DNA of 64,000 nucleotides from Acidobacteriota bacterium. Its GTDB lineage: Bacteria; Acidobacteriota; Aminicenantia; S016-38. A program made the translations under genes and the position numbers. The notes under the pieces were generated by a model. The model did not search any database, had not been told where the DNA came from, and saw nothing but the letters and a program-made list of their open reading frames with translations. Location: assembly GCA_015486055.1 (NCBI GenBank), contig WFSJ01000025.1, positions 1,189 to 65,188 of the forward strand. Reading direction: 5' to 3'. This document shows, piece after piece, positions 1 through 9,459 of this stretch (position 1 is the stretch's first letter; every line of letters starts with the position of its first letter).

Positions 1-1
1 G

Positions 2-154
2 GAACTAAAGAAGGACACCCAGATAATACTGATAACACATAATATAAAAACTGCAAGGGGTGCAGATTACATATATGGTGTAAGCATGCCTGAGGATGGA
101 AGCTCAAGGGTCTATTATGTATCATCAAAGGAACTATTTGAAAATGCAAGATAG
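2..154 (+). CDS. smc: Chromosome segregation protein SMC, C-terminal end (partial, runs in from the left edge)
   Basis: Not in the ORF track. Frame 2 reads ELKKDTQIILITHNIKTARGADYIYGVSMPEDGSSRVYYVSSKELFENAR*, matching the SMC C-terminal Q-x-I-x-ITH...AD...GV-x-M motif. Confidence 0.8.
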   Translation, partial: ELKKDTQIILITHNIKTARGADYIYGVSMPEDGSSRVYYVSSKELFENAR

Positions 155-1814
155 GGAAGCTACTTTCATAATATTTTTGGTCTTCCTCATATTCTTATCT
201 TTTGTCCTTAGATTCAGGGTTAAAGAATATCAAAATCATGGATTTTTTGATGACGAGGCAGTTTACTACCTAATGGCTTATTCCATAGCCTTTGATGGAA
301 ATATTTCCTATGAAAAGCAGGATCTCAGCAGAATATCAGAGAATTATGGAGGACTTCCCCAAGGTATATTTTTAAAGAAAACAAAGAAAGGCTTATTTTT
401 CGCAAAATCCTATGCATATCCACTGGTTGCAGCACCATTCGTAAGGGTTTTCAAAGATAAGGGCTTTCTTATTTTAACTTCCCTGCTTCTCCTAATGGAC
501 CTTTTAATAATATTCAAAATCTCAAGGAAAAAATTCTCTCCAAAAACTTCCCTTTTAATATCATTGGGATTATTTTTCCTCTCCGTTCTTTGGGGATATT
601 CCCTCTGGATCTCGTCGGCATTCTTTAATTTTTCCCTTGGGCTTCTCGTACTCTATTGGGGATTGGAGAAGGAAAAACTCATTTTCCCCATTTTCGCCTC
701 CGTTATTCTTGGACTTCTAATATTTTCAAAGCCCACAAATGCAATTTTTGCCCTTCCTCTTTTAGGGGCAAGATTCTTTAAGTTTAAATGGAAAGAAATA
801 TTGAAAAGCGTAATACTCGGAGTTGTTTTTATTACATCCTTGGGGAGTTTCTTCCTTGTGGAGAAGGCGCATACAGGTGAATGGAATTATATGGGAGGGG
901 AAAGAAGAAGCTTCTATTACCATTTTCCTTACGAGAGCAAAGCTATGCTCTTTTCAAAAGGATACTTAATGAGTGCGAAGGATTACTGGCAGAGATTTTA
1001 TCTTACCCCAAAGGTTTTTTTCCTGAACCTTTATTATTTCTTCACAGGAAGGTTCTCTGGGATGATAATATATTTCCTTCCAGCATTTCTTCTTCTTATA
1101 GCCTTTAGGGGAGGTAATTTAAAGGCATGGTTGATTTTTTCATCAATTGTAATAGCAATAACAGCCTCCATATCCCTTATGCCTGAGAATTTCATGGGTG
1201 GCGGGGGATGTCTCGGAAACAGATACTTCCCCAACATTTATCCCCTTTTCATTTTCCTCATCCCATACGCTGCCTCATGGTTCAGAAAGCCCTTATTTTT
1301 GGCATCATTCTTCCTCTATCCGCTTTTCCTTTCCCCAATAACAACCTCTTCTTATCCCTCAATGATAGGGAAAATGGGGTTCAGGGACATCTTTCCTGTT
1401 GAACTAACTCAGATAAATTCAATCCCTACAAATATAAATCCCTATGCTTTCAGGGTTCCCTATGGAAAATTTTATATTTACCATCTTGATGATAATTTCT
1501 GTGGAATTCACAAAGGGTTAATTGTTCTGAAGGGAAACAGCAAAGCGGAAATGGTAATAGCGGTTCCTTCTGAGACAGAAAAATTGAGAATATGGATGGA
1601 AGGTAATGGAAAAGCCGAAATAAACTTCCAGGGAAAAGAAAGAAAAATAAACCTGAAGAAAATTGCAAAACTTGATTTTCCCCTGAAGGGCGGGCTTAAG
1701 TTCAGGGCATTTAAACTTGTAAAAATGAGCATAATTTCTCATTTCTCAAAGGAAGAAATAAGAAATGGAAGAAACTATTTCTGCGGAGTAAGATTAAAGA
1801 TTGAGGGATTTTGA
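144..1814 (+). CDS. Polytopic membrane protein, probable GT-C fold (ArnT/PMT-like) glycosyltransferase
   Basis: N-terminal TM followed by an acidic DDEAVYY loop, many TM helices, GNRYF motif, soluble C-terminal domain. Start moved to ATG 144, which overlaps the smc stop. Confidence 0.6.
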   Translation: MQDREATFIIFLVFLIFLSFVLRFRVKEYQNHGFFDDEAVYYLMAYSIAFDGNISYEKQDLSRISENYGGLPQGIFLKKTKKGLFFAKSYAYPLVAAPFVRVFKDKGFLILTSLLLLMDLLIIFKISRKKFSPKTSLLISLGLFFLSVLWGYSLWISSAFFNFSLGLLVLYWGLEKEKLIFPIFASVILGLLIFSKPTNAIFALPLLGARFFKFKWKEILKSVILGVVFITSLGSFFLVEKAHTGEWNYMGGERRSFYYHFPYESKAMLFSKGYLMSAKDYWQRFYLTPKVFFLNLYYFFTGRFSGMIIYFLPAFLLLIAFRGGNLKAWLIFSSIVIAITASISLMPENFMGGGGCLGNRYFPNIYPLFIFLIPYAASWFRKPLFLASFFLYPLFLSPITTSSYPSMIGKMGFRDIFPVELTQINSIPTNINPYAFRVPYGKFYIYHLDDNFCGIHKGLIVLKGNSKAEMVIAVPSETEKLRIWMEGNGKAEINFQGKERKINLKKIAKLDFPLKGGLKFRAFKLVKMSIISHFSKEEIRNGRNYFCGVRLKIEGF

Positions 1815-2418
1815 CCTGAAGAGTCTCAGGAAAAAGCAGAAGGAATATTCTTCATTCTTCAGGGAAATCGAGGTAAAAAAAGCCGAAAACTTTGCAGGGG
1901 TTGACTGCCATTACAAAAGTGAAAAAATAATCTGCTGTGCTGTCCTCATTGGTATTCACGGGGAGATAATTGAGGAAAGCATCACTGAAGGAAAAACATT
2001 TTTCCCTTACATTCCCACATTCCTCGCTTTTAGAGAAGGTCCCTGGATGGTAAACTCTATAAGAAAACTAAAAACAGTGCCTGACCTCATATTTGTGGAT
2101 GGAAATGGAAGATTACATCCATTAGGAGCTGGCCTTGCAGTGTATGTGGGAGTTAAATTGAATATCCCAACAATAGGATTTTCCAAAAATCCTATGAAGG
2201 GCTATCCAAAGGAATGTTCATTCAATGGAGAAAAGTTTCTGAAAAACGGAGTAGCAATCTGCAGGAAAGGATGGAAAAAACCTGTCTTTATATCCAGTGG
2301 AAATCTGATTACACTCCGGAAATCCCTGGAATTTTACAATCTTTTCTCCCCCACGAAAATCCCAATCCCAATAAGATTGGCCCATCAAAGAGCAAGGCTT
2401 CTTATAAATGAGCATTAA
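1801..2418 (+). CDS. nfi: Endonuclease V (deoxyinosine 3' endonuclease)
   Basis: AGVD, FPYIPTFLAFRE, VDGNGRLHP, KPVFISSG and PIRLAH motifs. Confidence 0.92.
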   Translation: MRDFDLKSLRKKQKEYSSFFREIEVKKAENFAGVDCHYKSEKIICCAVLIGIHGEIIEESITEGKTFFPYIPTFLAFREGPWMVNSIRKLKTVPDLIFVDGNGRLHPLGAGLAVYVGVKLNIPTIGFSKNPMKGYPKECSFNGEKFLKNGVAICRKGWKKPVFISSGNLITLRKSLEFYNLFSPTKIPIPIRLAHQRARLLINEH

Positions 2419-2450
2419 ATGAAATACAAATCTTCTGTTAGAATATAAAA

Positions 2451-4172
2451 GTGAGAACTCTTGACGCTAATACCTTAAAAAACCTGATGCTTGGGGGTTC
2501 ATTCTGGGTTATAAAGAACAGAGAAGAACTCAACAGGATAAATAGATTTCCCGTTGCAGATGCGGATACAGGAACAAATCTATCCGCAACATTGTATGCT
2601 GTATTCAAAAAGCTGAGGGAAAAGGAATTTTCTTCAGCAGCACAACTCCTCAAGGACACTGCTTACGAAGCATTCTCCAATGCAAGAGGAAATTCCGGGC
2701 TTATAATGAGTCAGTATCTCGTAGGACTTTCCAATTACATAAGAAGGGAATGGGTAGAGATAAAAGAGCTCGCCCATTCCATAAAGAGTGCCTATACTGA
2801 AGTTTATTCCTCACTTGAAAATCCAATTGAAGGGACGATCCTCACTGTAATGAGAGAAGTCGGAGAAGAAGCGGAAAGAATTAACACACTCAGCTTTAGG
2901 AATTTCTTATTAAGAATAATAAGCAGGGCAAGGCTGGCTCTTGAGAAAACAAAAAATATCCTTCCTGTTCTGAAAAGAGAAGGTCTTGTAGATTCAGGAG
3001 CCAAAGGATTCGTGCTCTTTCTTGAAGGGATGAGGCTTAGCCTGGACAAACAGATAGATTATGATACTCTTGATTTTAACACTGAATACTTCAAATGGAA
3101 TTCAGGGGAAGGTTTTTACTGTACTATTGCAACAATTAGAACCCGTTTAACTCACCATGAAATTGCAAATAAGATCAAGGATTTGGGAGATTCAATAATA
3201 TTTTCAAGCTTTAATGAGCTTATGAAAGTACACATTCACACCCCTGAACCAGATAGGTTTAAGGAAATACTGAAAGAAGAAGGGGAAATAGTATCCATGA
3301 CTGCGGAACCAATAGTTGAGAGAGAATTAAAGATAAGGGAAACTGGTTTGCTTGCGGATTCCTCCCTCGACATTCCCATTGCCATTGCAGAAGAACTTGG
3401 AATTGAGATCGTTCCCTTGGGAGTCATATTCGATGGAAAGATATTGAAAGATGGGGAGGAAATCTCAAGAGAGGTCGTTGCGGAAAGAATAATGAAAAAG
3501 GAGGAAATCAGTTCCTCTCTCCCTTTACCCATAGATTTTATAAGGTCATATTCCAAACTCAAAAGAAACCATAAAAGGATAATTTCCTTCCATCTGAGTG
3601 AAAAAGCGAGCGGAACATACAGCCTTTCAAGAACAATAAAGGAAAAGCTTGGTATATCCGGCTATGTTATTGATACTGGAAACTTCAGTCTCGGAGGAGG
3701 TCTAAAAGTTCTTAGAGCTGTGGAACTCCTTGATAAGGGTGAAAAACCCGATGATGTGGTAAAAAAGCTCGGTAAATTGCAGTCCAATGCCTTTATATTT
3801 GCAGATGACCTTTCCTACGGTGTAAAAGGGGGTAGGGTCAAGCCATGGAAAGGAGTTCTTCAGAAATATCTCAAACTTGGAATAATCCTTGGATTTTCCC
3901 CTGAAAAAGGAGGGATTTACTTTAGAGGAGCTGCTCCAGGAGGGAAAATGGCAATGAGGCTTTTAAAACATATGATAAAAAGGGAACTTGGCAGAGAGAA
4001 ACTTTACGACATAGGGATAGCTTTTACAAAAGAAGATTCGAGAATTAACGGAATGGAAAAATTTATAAGGGAAAACATAAGCACAAGAAAAATAATAAAA
4101 TCAACAACTTCCCCTGCAATAATGGTTCACGCTGGCCCTTCAGCCTTTGGAATATTCGCCCTGGAAATTTAA
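2451..4172 (+). CDS. DAK2 (FakA-like)-DegV (FakB-like) fusion protein
   Basis: N-terminal LNRINRFPVADADTGTNL, ARGNSG, EGTILTV, VDSGAKG, KVHIHT. C-terminal DegV domain with DSSLD, LSEKASGT, KGGR, VHAGP. Confidence 0.88.
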   Translation: MRTLDANTLKNLMLGGSFWVIKNREELNRINRFPVADADTGTNLSATLYAVFKKLREKEFSSAAQLLKDTAYEAFSNARGNSGLIMSQYLVGLSNYIRREWVEIKELAHSIKSAYTEVYSSLENPIEGTILTVMREVGEEAERINTLSFRNFLLRIISRARLALEKTKNILPVLKREGLVDSGAKGFVLFLEGMRLSLDKQIDYDTLDFNTEYFKWNSGEGFYCTIATIRTRLTHHEIANKIKDLGDSIIFSSFNELMKVHIHTPEPDRFKEILKEEGEIVSMTAEPIVERELKIRETGLLADSSLDIPIAIAEELGIEIVPLGVIFDGKILKDGEEISREVVAERIMKKEEISSSLPLPIDFIRSYSKLKRNHKRIISFHLSEKASGTYSLSRTIKEKLGISGYVIDTGNFSLGGGLKVLRAVELLDKGEKPDDVVKKLGKLQSNAFIFADDLSYGVKGGRVKPWKGVLQKYLKLGIILGFSPEKGGIYFRGAAPGGKMAMRLLKHMIKRELGREKLYDIGIAFTKEDSRINGMEKFIRENISTRKIIKSTTSPAIMVHAGPSAFGIFALEI

Positions 4173-5381
4173 CTACTTGTTGCTCTTCAAGACGGAATTC
4201 ATAAGCCTATCAAGAAAATCTGGAAAGGCTGAGGTTATTCTTATCCAGTTCGGCGTCAAAGGGATTGCAAGGGGATCCTCAAGGAATTGGGCACAGGCGA
4301 GCCTTAATGCATCAGCAAATGTCTCAACCGCAAGTTCTTCTTCATGGCGAAAGAATTCAAGACCATTTATCATAGCATCAGCATGAAATCTTGCTATCAT
4401 ATCCTCGGCAATCCTCAAATATGTTGTCCTAAGAGTTGTGAGCCTTCCCTCATTTACAATAATTCCCCTTGCGGCTAAATTCCTTAAAAGATTAACGGCT
4501 ATATCTATAGCCATTTTATGCAGTCCTTTGTTAGGGTCTTTTTTGGAAAGGGCCTGATGCTTATGGTCATATCTCTTGCAGAGTTCAACCTGAACCACTC
4601 TCTTTATGGCTACATTTCTGTAAACTTCACTGAGAATTCCTACCTCAAGCCCCCAATCCCCTGGTATTCTTATCATCCTTGCAAGGTCTGTCTTTAATGC
4701 AAATTCCCCTGCAAGTGGATAGCGAAAACTATCCAGATAATCAAGAAATGGATGAGATCCTGCAATTATTTTCAGGGACCTTATAAGAGGGATTAAGAAA
4801 AGCCTTGTTACCCTTCCATGAAGTTTGTTCGAGAACCTCGCATAAAATCCCTTACTGAACTCAAAATCAATGTTTGGATTAATCAACGGATATATGAGCC
4901 TTGAAAGCATCTCTCTTGAATATGTAATTATATCGCTATCGTGGAGTGCCACAACCTCTGATTCTCTCTGGGCAAGGAGGAGGCCGAGTCCGAACCATAC
5001 TGCCCGACCTTTTCCATCAGGTCCAACATAAAGTCCTGCATCCTCCAGGACCTTTATCAGTTTCTTTATTTTCGGATGTTCCAGCCAGAAAACTGTTACT
5101 CTATATGGATATTCCTTAATCTCCTCCTTTACATTCTCAAAATCTTCATCTTTAGCCCTGCCGAGAACTATTAACACCTGATTTACATAATCCACACCCC
5201 GGAGAGTTTCCATGATATTTTTCATGGCAGGTTTTCTGTAATCCGCATAAGTCGCTGGAATGAGGAGTGTGGTCCTTACATGCCTTGAATAATATGAAAG
5301 CTCCCTTTCTATCCTCTCTGTTCCTTTCTCACCTAACAAATGAAGGGTGGTTATACTTCCCGTCTGATAAATATCAGCCAT
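4173..5381 (-). CDS. gpgS: Glucosyl-3-phosphoglycerate synthase family (GT-A)
   Basis: GKGRAVW, HDSDI, GRVTRLF, FRYPLAGEF, DWGLEVG, YDHKHQ. Coupled to the HAD phosphatase. Start reassigned to MADIYQ at 5381. Confidence 0.8.
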   Translation of the reverse strand: MADIYQTGSITTLHLLGEKGTERIERELSYYSRHVRTTLLIPATYADYRKPAMKNIMETLRGVDYVNQVLIVLGRAKDEDFENVKEEIKEYPYRVTVFWLEHPKIKKLIKVLEDAGLYVGPDGKGRAVWFGLGLLLAQRESEVVALHDSDIITYSREMLSRLIYPLINPNIDFEFSKGFYARFSNKLHGRVTRLFLIPLIRSLKIIAGSHPFLDYLDSFRYPLAGEFALKTDLARMIRIPGDWGLEVGILSEVYRNVAIKRVVQVELCKRYDHKHQALSKKDPNKGLHKMAIDIAVNLLRNLAARGIIVNEGRLTTLRTTYLRIAEDMIARFHADAMINGLEFFRHEEELAVETFADALRLACAQFLEDPLAIPLTPNWIRITSAFPDFLDRLMNSVLKSNK

Positions 5382-6207
5382 TTTTATCTCCCTCTTTCCT
5401 AAGCAGGTCCAGAATGGCTGAGTTCCAGCCCTTTGGACCTTGTTCCTCATAAATTTTTATTCCCTTTATTTCCTGCTTTATACTACTAACATATGGATTG
5501 TCTCTTCCTGAAACCAATATTGGATAATTAACCCATTTAAGCATTTCTAAATCATTCATGCTATCGCCAAGACCTATCTTGAATGCTTCCTTGAATCTCT
5601 TGCCTAAGAATTCAAACATTTTGCTCAGGGCATCTGCTTTCGTATGCAGACCGGAAAGATGATAAAATGTCCCACCTTCCTGTATCAAATATCCCTTTTC
5701 CTCAGCTTCTTTCTTTAACTCCCCGAAATCTTCAAGGCTACCTTTAAAAATAAAAGGAATGTCAAAATCTCTTTCTCTTGCAAGGATAGCAAGGTTAACT
5801 GGAAGCCCTGTAATTTCAGATATTTCCTTTGCAGTCATCTTCAGGAAAGTTCTTATTTCAACTTTCCTTGAAGAACTAAAATTATTTATAAATTCTTCAA
5901 GCTCTTCAGAGGAAGTTCCAAGGGATATTTCAAAGAAATTCCCTTCAAATTTCGGCGCTCCAACACTTTTTATACAAAATTCCTTAGGAATGTATGCGGC
6001 ACCTCCATTCTCAACAACAAAAGGGTCTTTTATGCCCATCTCCTTCTGGAAATATAAAGTTTCAGCAAAGGTCTTGCTTGTACAGAATATAAGAGGGATA
6101 TTGGAAGATTTTATCTTTTCAATGGTGTTTATTGCTGGCTTAAAATTGTAAGTTTTTTTATCAAGAAGTGTATTGTCAAGATCTGTGATTATAACTAAAT
6201 CCCTCAT
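5374..6207 (-). CDS. Glucosyl/mannosyl-3-phosphoglycerate phosphatase (HAD IIB)
   Basis: DLDNTLLD, TSKTFAE, ENGG, GLGDSMND, GPKGWN motifs typical of MpgP/GpgP. Confidence 0.85.
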   Translation of the reverse strand: MRDLVIITDLDNTLLDKKTYNFKPAINTIEKIKSSNIPLIFCTSKTFAETLYFQKEMGIKDPFVVENGGAAYIPKEFCIKSVGAPKFEGNFFEISLGTSSEELEEFINNFSSSRKVEIRTFLKMTAKEISEITGLPVNLAILARERDFDIPFIFKGSLEDFGELKKEAEEKGYLIQEGGTFYHLSGLHTKADALSKMFEFLGKRFKEAFKIGLGDSMNDLEMLKWVNYPILVSGRDNPYVSSIKQEIKGIKIYEEQGPKGWNSAILDLLRKEGDKNG

Positions 6208-6289
6208 GAAAAAATTCTACAGCAAATAAGGCTCTAAAGCAAGCTAAAATGGGCAATATCTACACGGAAGCTAAAAACTCAGGAAATTT

Positions 6290-6895
6290 TCACCTTCCTT
6301 TTTCCTTCTTCACCGAAACAGAGATCTTATAGGAAAGCTGGCAAATTTCCCCATCGGGATCCTTAGCCTCTATGATGAACTCATATTCCCCCCTTTTTTT
6401 CGGGATCACCCACTTCAATGTGTTTTCCTCTATTTTTGCATCCTTCGGACCTTTCTTCAATTCAACTTTGACTTCCTCCACAGGATCATCTTCATCCTTA
6501 ACCTCTATTTTATATTTGTATTTATCCCCTGGTTTGAGTTTATCTACTGATGGTGGGGAATTTAAAATTTGAGGAGGAATATCTGCAATCTTATATCTCA
6601 AGCTTTCTCCATAATCTATCTTATTACCATCTTCATCAAGTATATAGACTCCAACCCATACAAAGTCACCTTTCTTGAAATTACCAGATGGAAGGGTAGG
6701 AGAATCATAATCGAGCTTTAGACCATTAACATACCAGGTATAAGAATATCTATATCCTTCAGGAAGAGCAGGAGGAGTAACCTCTGCCCTTATATCAGTA
6801 TTCTGTGTAATGCGAGGAGGTGAAAGGGTTATCGTTTCTATTTGCTGGGAAAACATAAATAGAGCAAGCATTATAAAAAGCATGAGCTTTTTCAT
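6290..6895 (-). CDS. Exported Ig-like domain protein, last gene of the minor pilin operon
   Basis: Signal peptide MKKLMLFIMLALFMF; beta-sandwich-like segments (YSYTWYVNG, YKYKIEVKDEDD, FIIEAKDPDG). Confidence 0.55.
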   Translation of the reverse strand: MKKLMLFIMLALFMFSQQIETITLSPPRITQNTDIRAEVTPPALPEGYRYSYTWYVNGLKLDYDSPTLPSGNFKKGDFVWVGVYILDEDGNKIDYGESLRYKIADIPPQILNSPPSVDKLKPGDKYKYKIEVKDEDDPVEEVKVELKKGPKDAKIEENTLKWVIPKKRGEYEFIIEAKDPDGEICQLSYKISVSVKKEKGR

Positions 6896-6896
6896 T

Positions 6897-7376
6897 TCAA
6901 TATTCACCGTAAAACATAGCGAGGGTTGCGGTATCTATCGTCTTGGTAGAGGAAAGCTTTCCCCCTCTATCGTAAAGCTCTCCTGTAACATAAAACTGAA
7001 TTGCAAGAAAGCTGAACCCTTCTCCCATTGAAACCTGAGGTGGAAAAGGAGGAACAAACTCTCCCATTATCCTGGGATTTGAAGGCTGGGAGCCTGTAGG
7101 CTGAGGAAGATAGAATCTTGCACTTCTTCCATCAGGTAAATCTGTGGAGAGATCATATGTCACTCCTGAAAAGTCCCCTGTGGGCGGAGCCTCACCTATT
7201 TTTGCATAACCATAATTTGCACCTCCATCTGCTATATAAAGAGCTGATGTGGCCTTACTCGCATAGGAAATTGACCTCATCTCCATCTGAGACATTGTAA
7301 TCCCAACTCCCCCTATAAGTGCTAAAACCAGCACAGCTATTAAGGCTAATATAAGTACACTTCCTTTTTCTCTCAT
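6897..7376 (-). CDS. pilX: PilX-like minor pilin
   Basis: Prepilin leader MREKG|SVLILAL lacking E5; ALYIADGG PilX N-terminal motif. Confidence 0.8.
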   Translation of the reverse strand: MREKGSVLILALIAVLVLALIGGVGITMSQMEMRSISYASKATSALYIADGGANYGYAKIGEAPPTGDFSGVTYDLSTDLPDGRSARFYLPQPTGSQPSNPRIMGEFVPPFPPQVSMGEGFSFLAIQFYVTGELYDRGGKLSSTKTIDTATLAMFYGEY

Positions 7377-7385
7377 ATTCCCTCC

Positions 7386-8561
7386 TTAATAAACTGAAAA
7401 GAAATTCCTCGGATCGAAGCTATTATTTAGCTGATACAGCTTCATATGGTTCCAAGGTGTTCCTGTCAAAGTCAGAGAATCTCTATCACCTGCTGTCTTA
7501 ATAATTAGCTGGCTCTGGTATTTTTCCCTGAACCTTTCTGTTGCACCTGAAAGAGTTATTTTCATCGATTTTACCTGTTTACTTACAATTACATCATAAA
7601 GGGCTTGAAACGAGGGATTGCGGTATGCATTTCCTGCATAGGAAGGATCATAAGTGCAATACAAATCAGGTGGGTTAGTGGGATTTACAGGATCGGGAAC
7701 AATATATTCTATCTGCATATCCAGTATGTTCTTCGCAAGGGGAACGCAGCGTTCGGGCCCAAACCCATTAGAGCAAGGGTTGGCATTTCCATCGGCATCA
7801 AGACTGGCAGTAAGATAATAACTATTATTTATCCTTGAGATGAAGTAAATTCCAAAGAAACTAAGCTTAATAACAGAAGAAGTATCTCTATTGTAGGTAA
7901 TTGCTTTACCATTATCATCAGTTGTAGGATTCAAATAATGGGGAAGAAAATCCAGATAATTCAGGTGAATTGGACCTGCCATGTCGGAATAATTGAAAAG
8001 TCCTGAATAATAAACAGCTGTATTTCTAAGGGTAAGCGTATCGGTGTCAGTATTTACCGCTGTAACCTTGAACATATAAAAACCTTCCTTCGACATTATC
8101 ATTCCTATGTCATCGGCATTCCACATGGATTCTCCTGACACAGGATCCTTAACTTTTTCAAGAACCATCGTCGTAGAAGGAGGGTGCCAGGAACCGGCTG
8201 ACAGCTTGGTAATAGTTCTTGTATCTCCATAGGCAAGTATTATTCCATCGGGATTATCGTCATTGCCACCCCCATCGTATGTGTTATAATTCATTGGGAT
8301 TATGCCCCTGAAAGGAACATTTGAATCTGCTCCTAAATATGATTTGGTACCTGCCACATTTATACCTGCTCCTGCCTGCGATATTCTTTCCTGAAGCTCT
8401 ATAAAAGCTGTCCTTATCTGTGATTTTATCATCACCCTCTTGTTTTCTTGAAGGAAACTCCTCTGGTGAAATATCATCGCAGTTGTAAGGGCTAAGCCAA
8501 CTAAAAGAAATATCACAAGGACAACCAAAAGCTCAGCTAAGGTCATTCCGTTTTCTCTCAT
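7386..8561 (-). CDS. pilW: PilW-like minor pilin (large)
   Basis: MRENG|MTLAELLVVL prepilin; ISQAG and LAKNILDMQIEY motifs. Confidence 0.78.
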   Translation of the reverse strand: MRENGMTLAELLVVLVIFLLVGLALTTAMIFHQRSFLQENKRVMIKSQIRTAFIELQERISQAGAGINVAGTKSYLGADSNVPFRGIIPMNYNTYDGGGNDDNPDGIILAYGDTRTITKLSAGSWHPPSTTMVLEKVKDPVSGESMWNADDIGMIMSKEGFYMFKVTAVNTDTDTLTLRNTAVYYSGLFNYSDMAGPIHLNYLDFLPHYLNPTTDDNGKAITYNRDTSSVIKLSFFGIYFISRINNSYYLTASLDADGNANPCSNGFGPERCVPLAKNILDMQIEYIVPDPVNPTNPPDLYCTYDPSYAGNAYRNPSFQALYDVIVSKQVKSMKITLSGATERFREKYQSQLIIKTAGDRDSLTLTGTPWNHMKLYQLNNSFDPRNFFSVY

Positions 8562-8570
8562 GTGACCCTC

Positions 8571-8957
8571 CTATTCTCCTCTTACTATTGTAGTCAAAGA
8601 GGCCATTTTTCTCTCCTGAGAACTTCCCGGTTTTCTCCAGCTAACTGTAACCGTCACTGTGTAAAGGTTCATAGTAGCGTCATAAACACCTATGGAATAT
8701 TCCCTTTTGTAGTCAGGATAAAGAGGAATTGATTGATAGTTTTCTGTGGTAAAAACCCCTTGCGAAATCCCCGCAGGATTTGATTTAACATTTTCTATGC
8801 CCTGCTCTGCAAGATAAAGGGCATCTGTCCTTATTGAATTGTTCCTGTCAAACCCATACCTTGAAGCAAAAAGGGAAAGGATAAATATAACAAGAATCCC
8901 AAGGACTGCTACCCCTATTAAAGCTTCTATCATATATTGTCCTTTTTGTCTTCTCAT
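8571..8957 (-). CDS. pilV: PilV-like minor pilin
   Basis: MRRQKG|QYMIEALI; ALYLAEQGIE; VTVTVSW. Confidence 0.75.
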   Translation of the reverse strand: MRRQKGQYMIEALIGVAVLGILVIFILSLFASRYGFDRNNSIRTDALYLAEQGIENVKSNPAGISQGVFTTENYQSIPLYPDYKREYSIGVYDATMNLYTVTVTVSWRKPGSSQERKMASLTTIVRGE

Positions 8958-8967
8958 GATTTCCTCC

Positions 8968-9459
8968 TCATTTTACAAAATGTCTTGAAGTTTCAATGCC
9001 GCCAAGAGGGTAAATAGTTACATTTACGAAGTGTTGAGAAAGGGAGGAAAGGGCAATTTTTACATGTATAATACTCATTTGCCAGTCAGTAGAAGCATTT
9101 TCAACCATAATTCTGCCGTCAGGAAGAAAAAGAATATCCTTTTGGGGATCCAGGGTAAATACTGCCTGAGACGGTATAATGTTTTCCGTGTTGGGAACTT
9201 CCTTGAAATTCGGGTCCTTTATCTCAATATAATATTTAGAAGGTGTTGAGGAAGAATCAAGGTGAATTTTTGTTACCTTCTCCTCCTTCATTGCCATAGA
9301 TTTAGCCTTGTAAATACTCATAACAAACTTATTTGCCTCCCCCCTCAGTGTCCAGTTATACTTTGCTCTGCCAATGGAGGAAACAGCAAAAGCAGCTATA
9401 AGACCAACTATGGCAAGAACTATGATCATCTCGGTTGCAGTGAAACCTTTATTCCTCAT
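8968..9459 (-). CDS. FimT/FimU (GspH-like) minor pilin
   Basis: MRNKG|FTATEMIIVLAIVG; AKSMAM; FLPDG. Start reassigned to 9459. Confidence 0.8.
   Translation of the reverse strand: MRNKGFTATEMIIVLAIVGLIAAFAVSSIGRAKYNWTLRGEANKFVMSIYKAKSMAMKEEKVTKIHLDSSSTPSKYYIEIKDPNFKEVPNTENIIPSQAVFTLDPQKDILFLPDGRIMVENASTDWQMSIIHVKIALSSLSQHFVNVTIYPLGGIETSRHFVK

Noticed and set aside
96-143. ORF-track start at 96 for the first membrane protein
   Set aside because: This stretch is the smc C-terminus in another frame; ATG 144 is more plausible.
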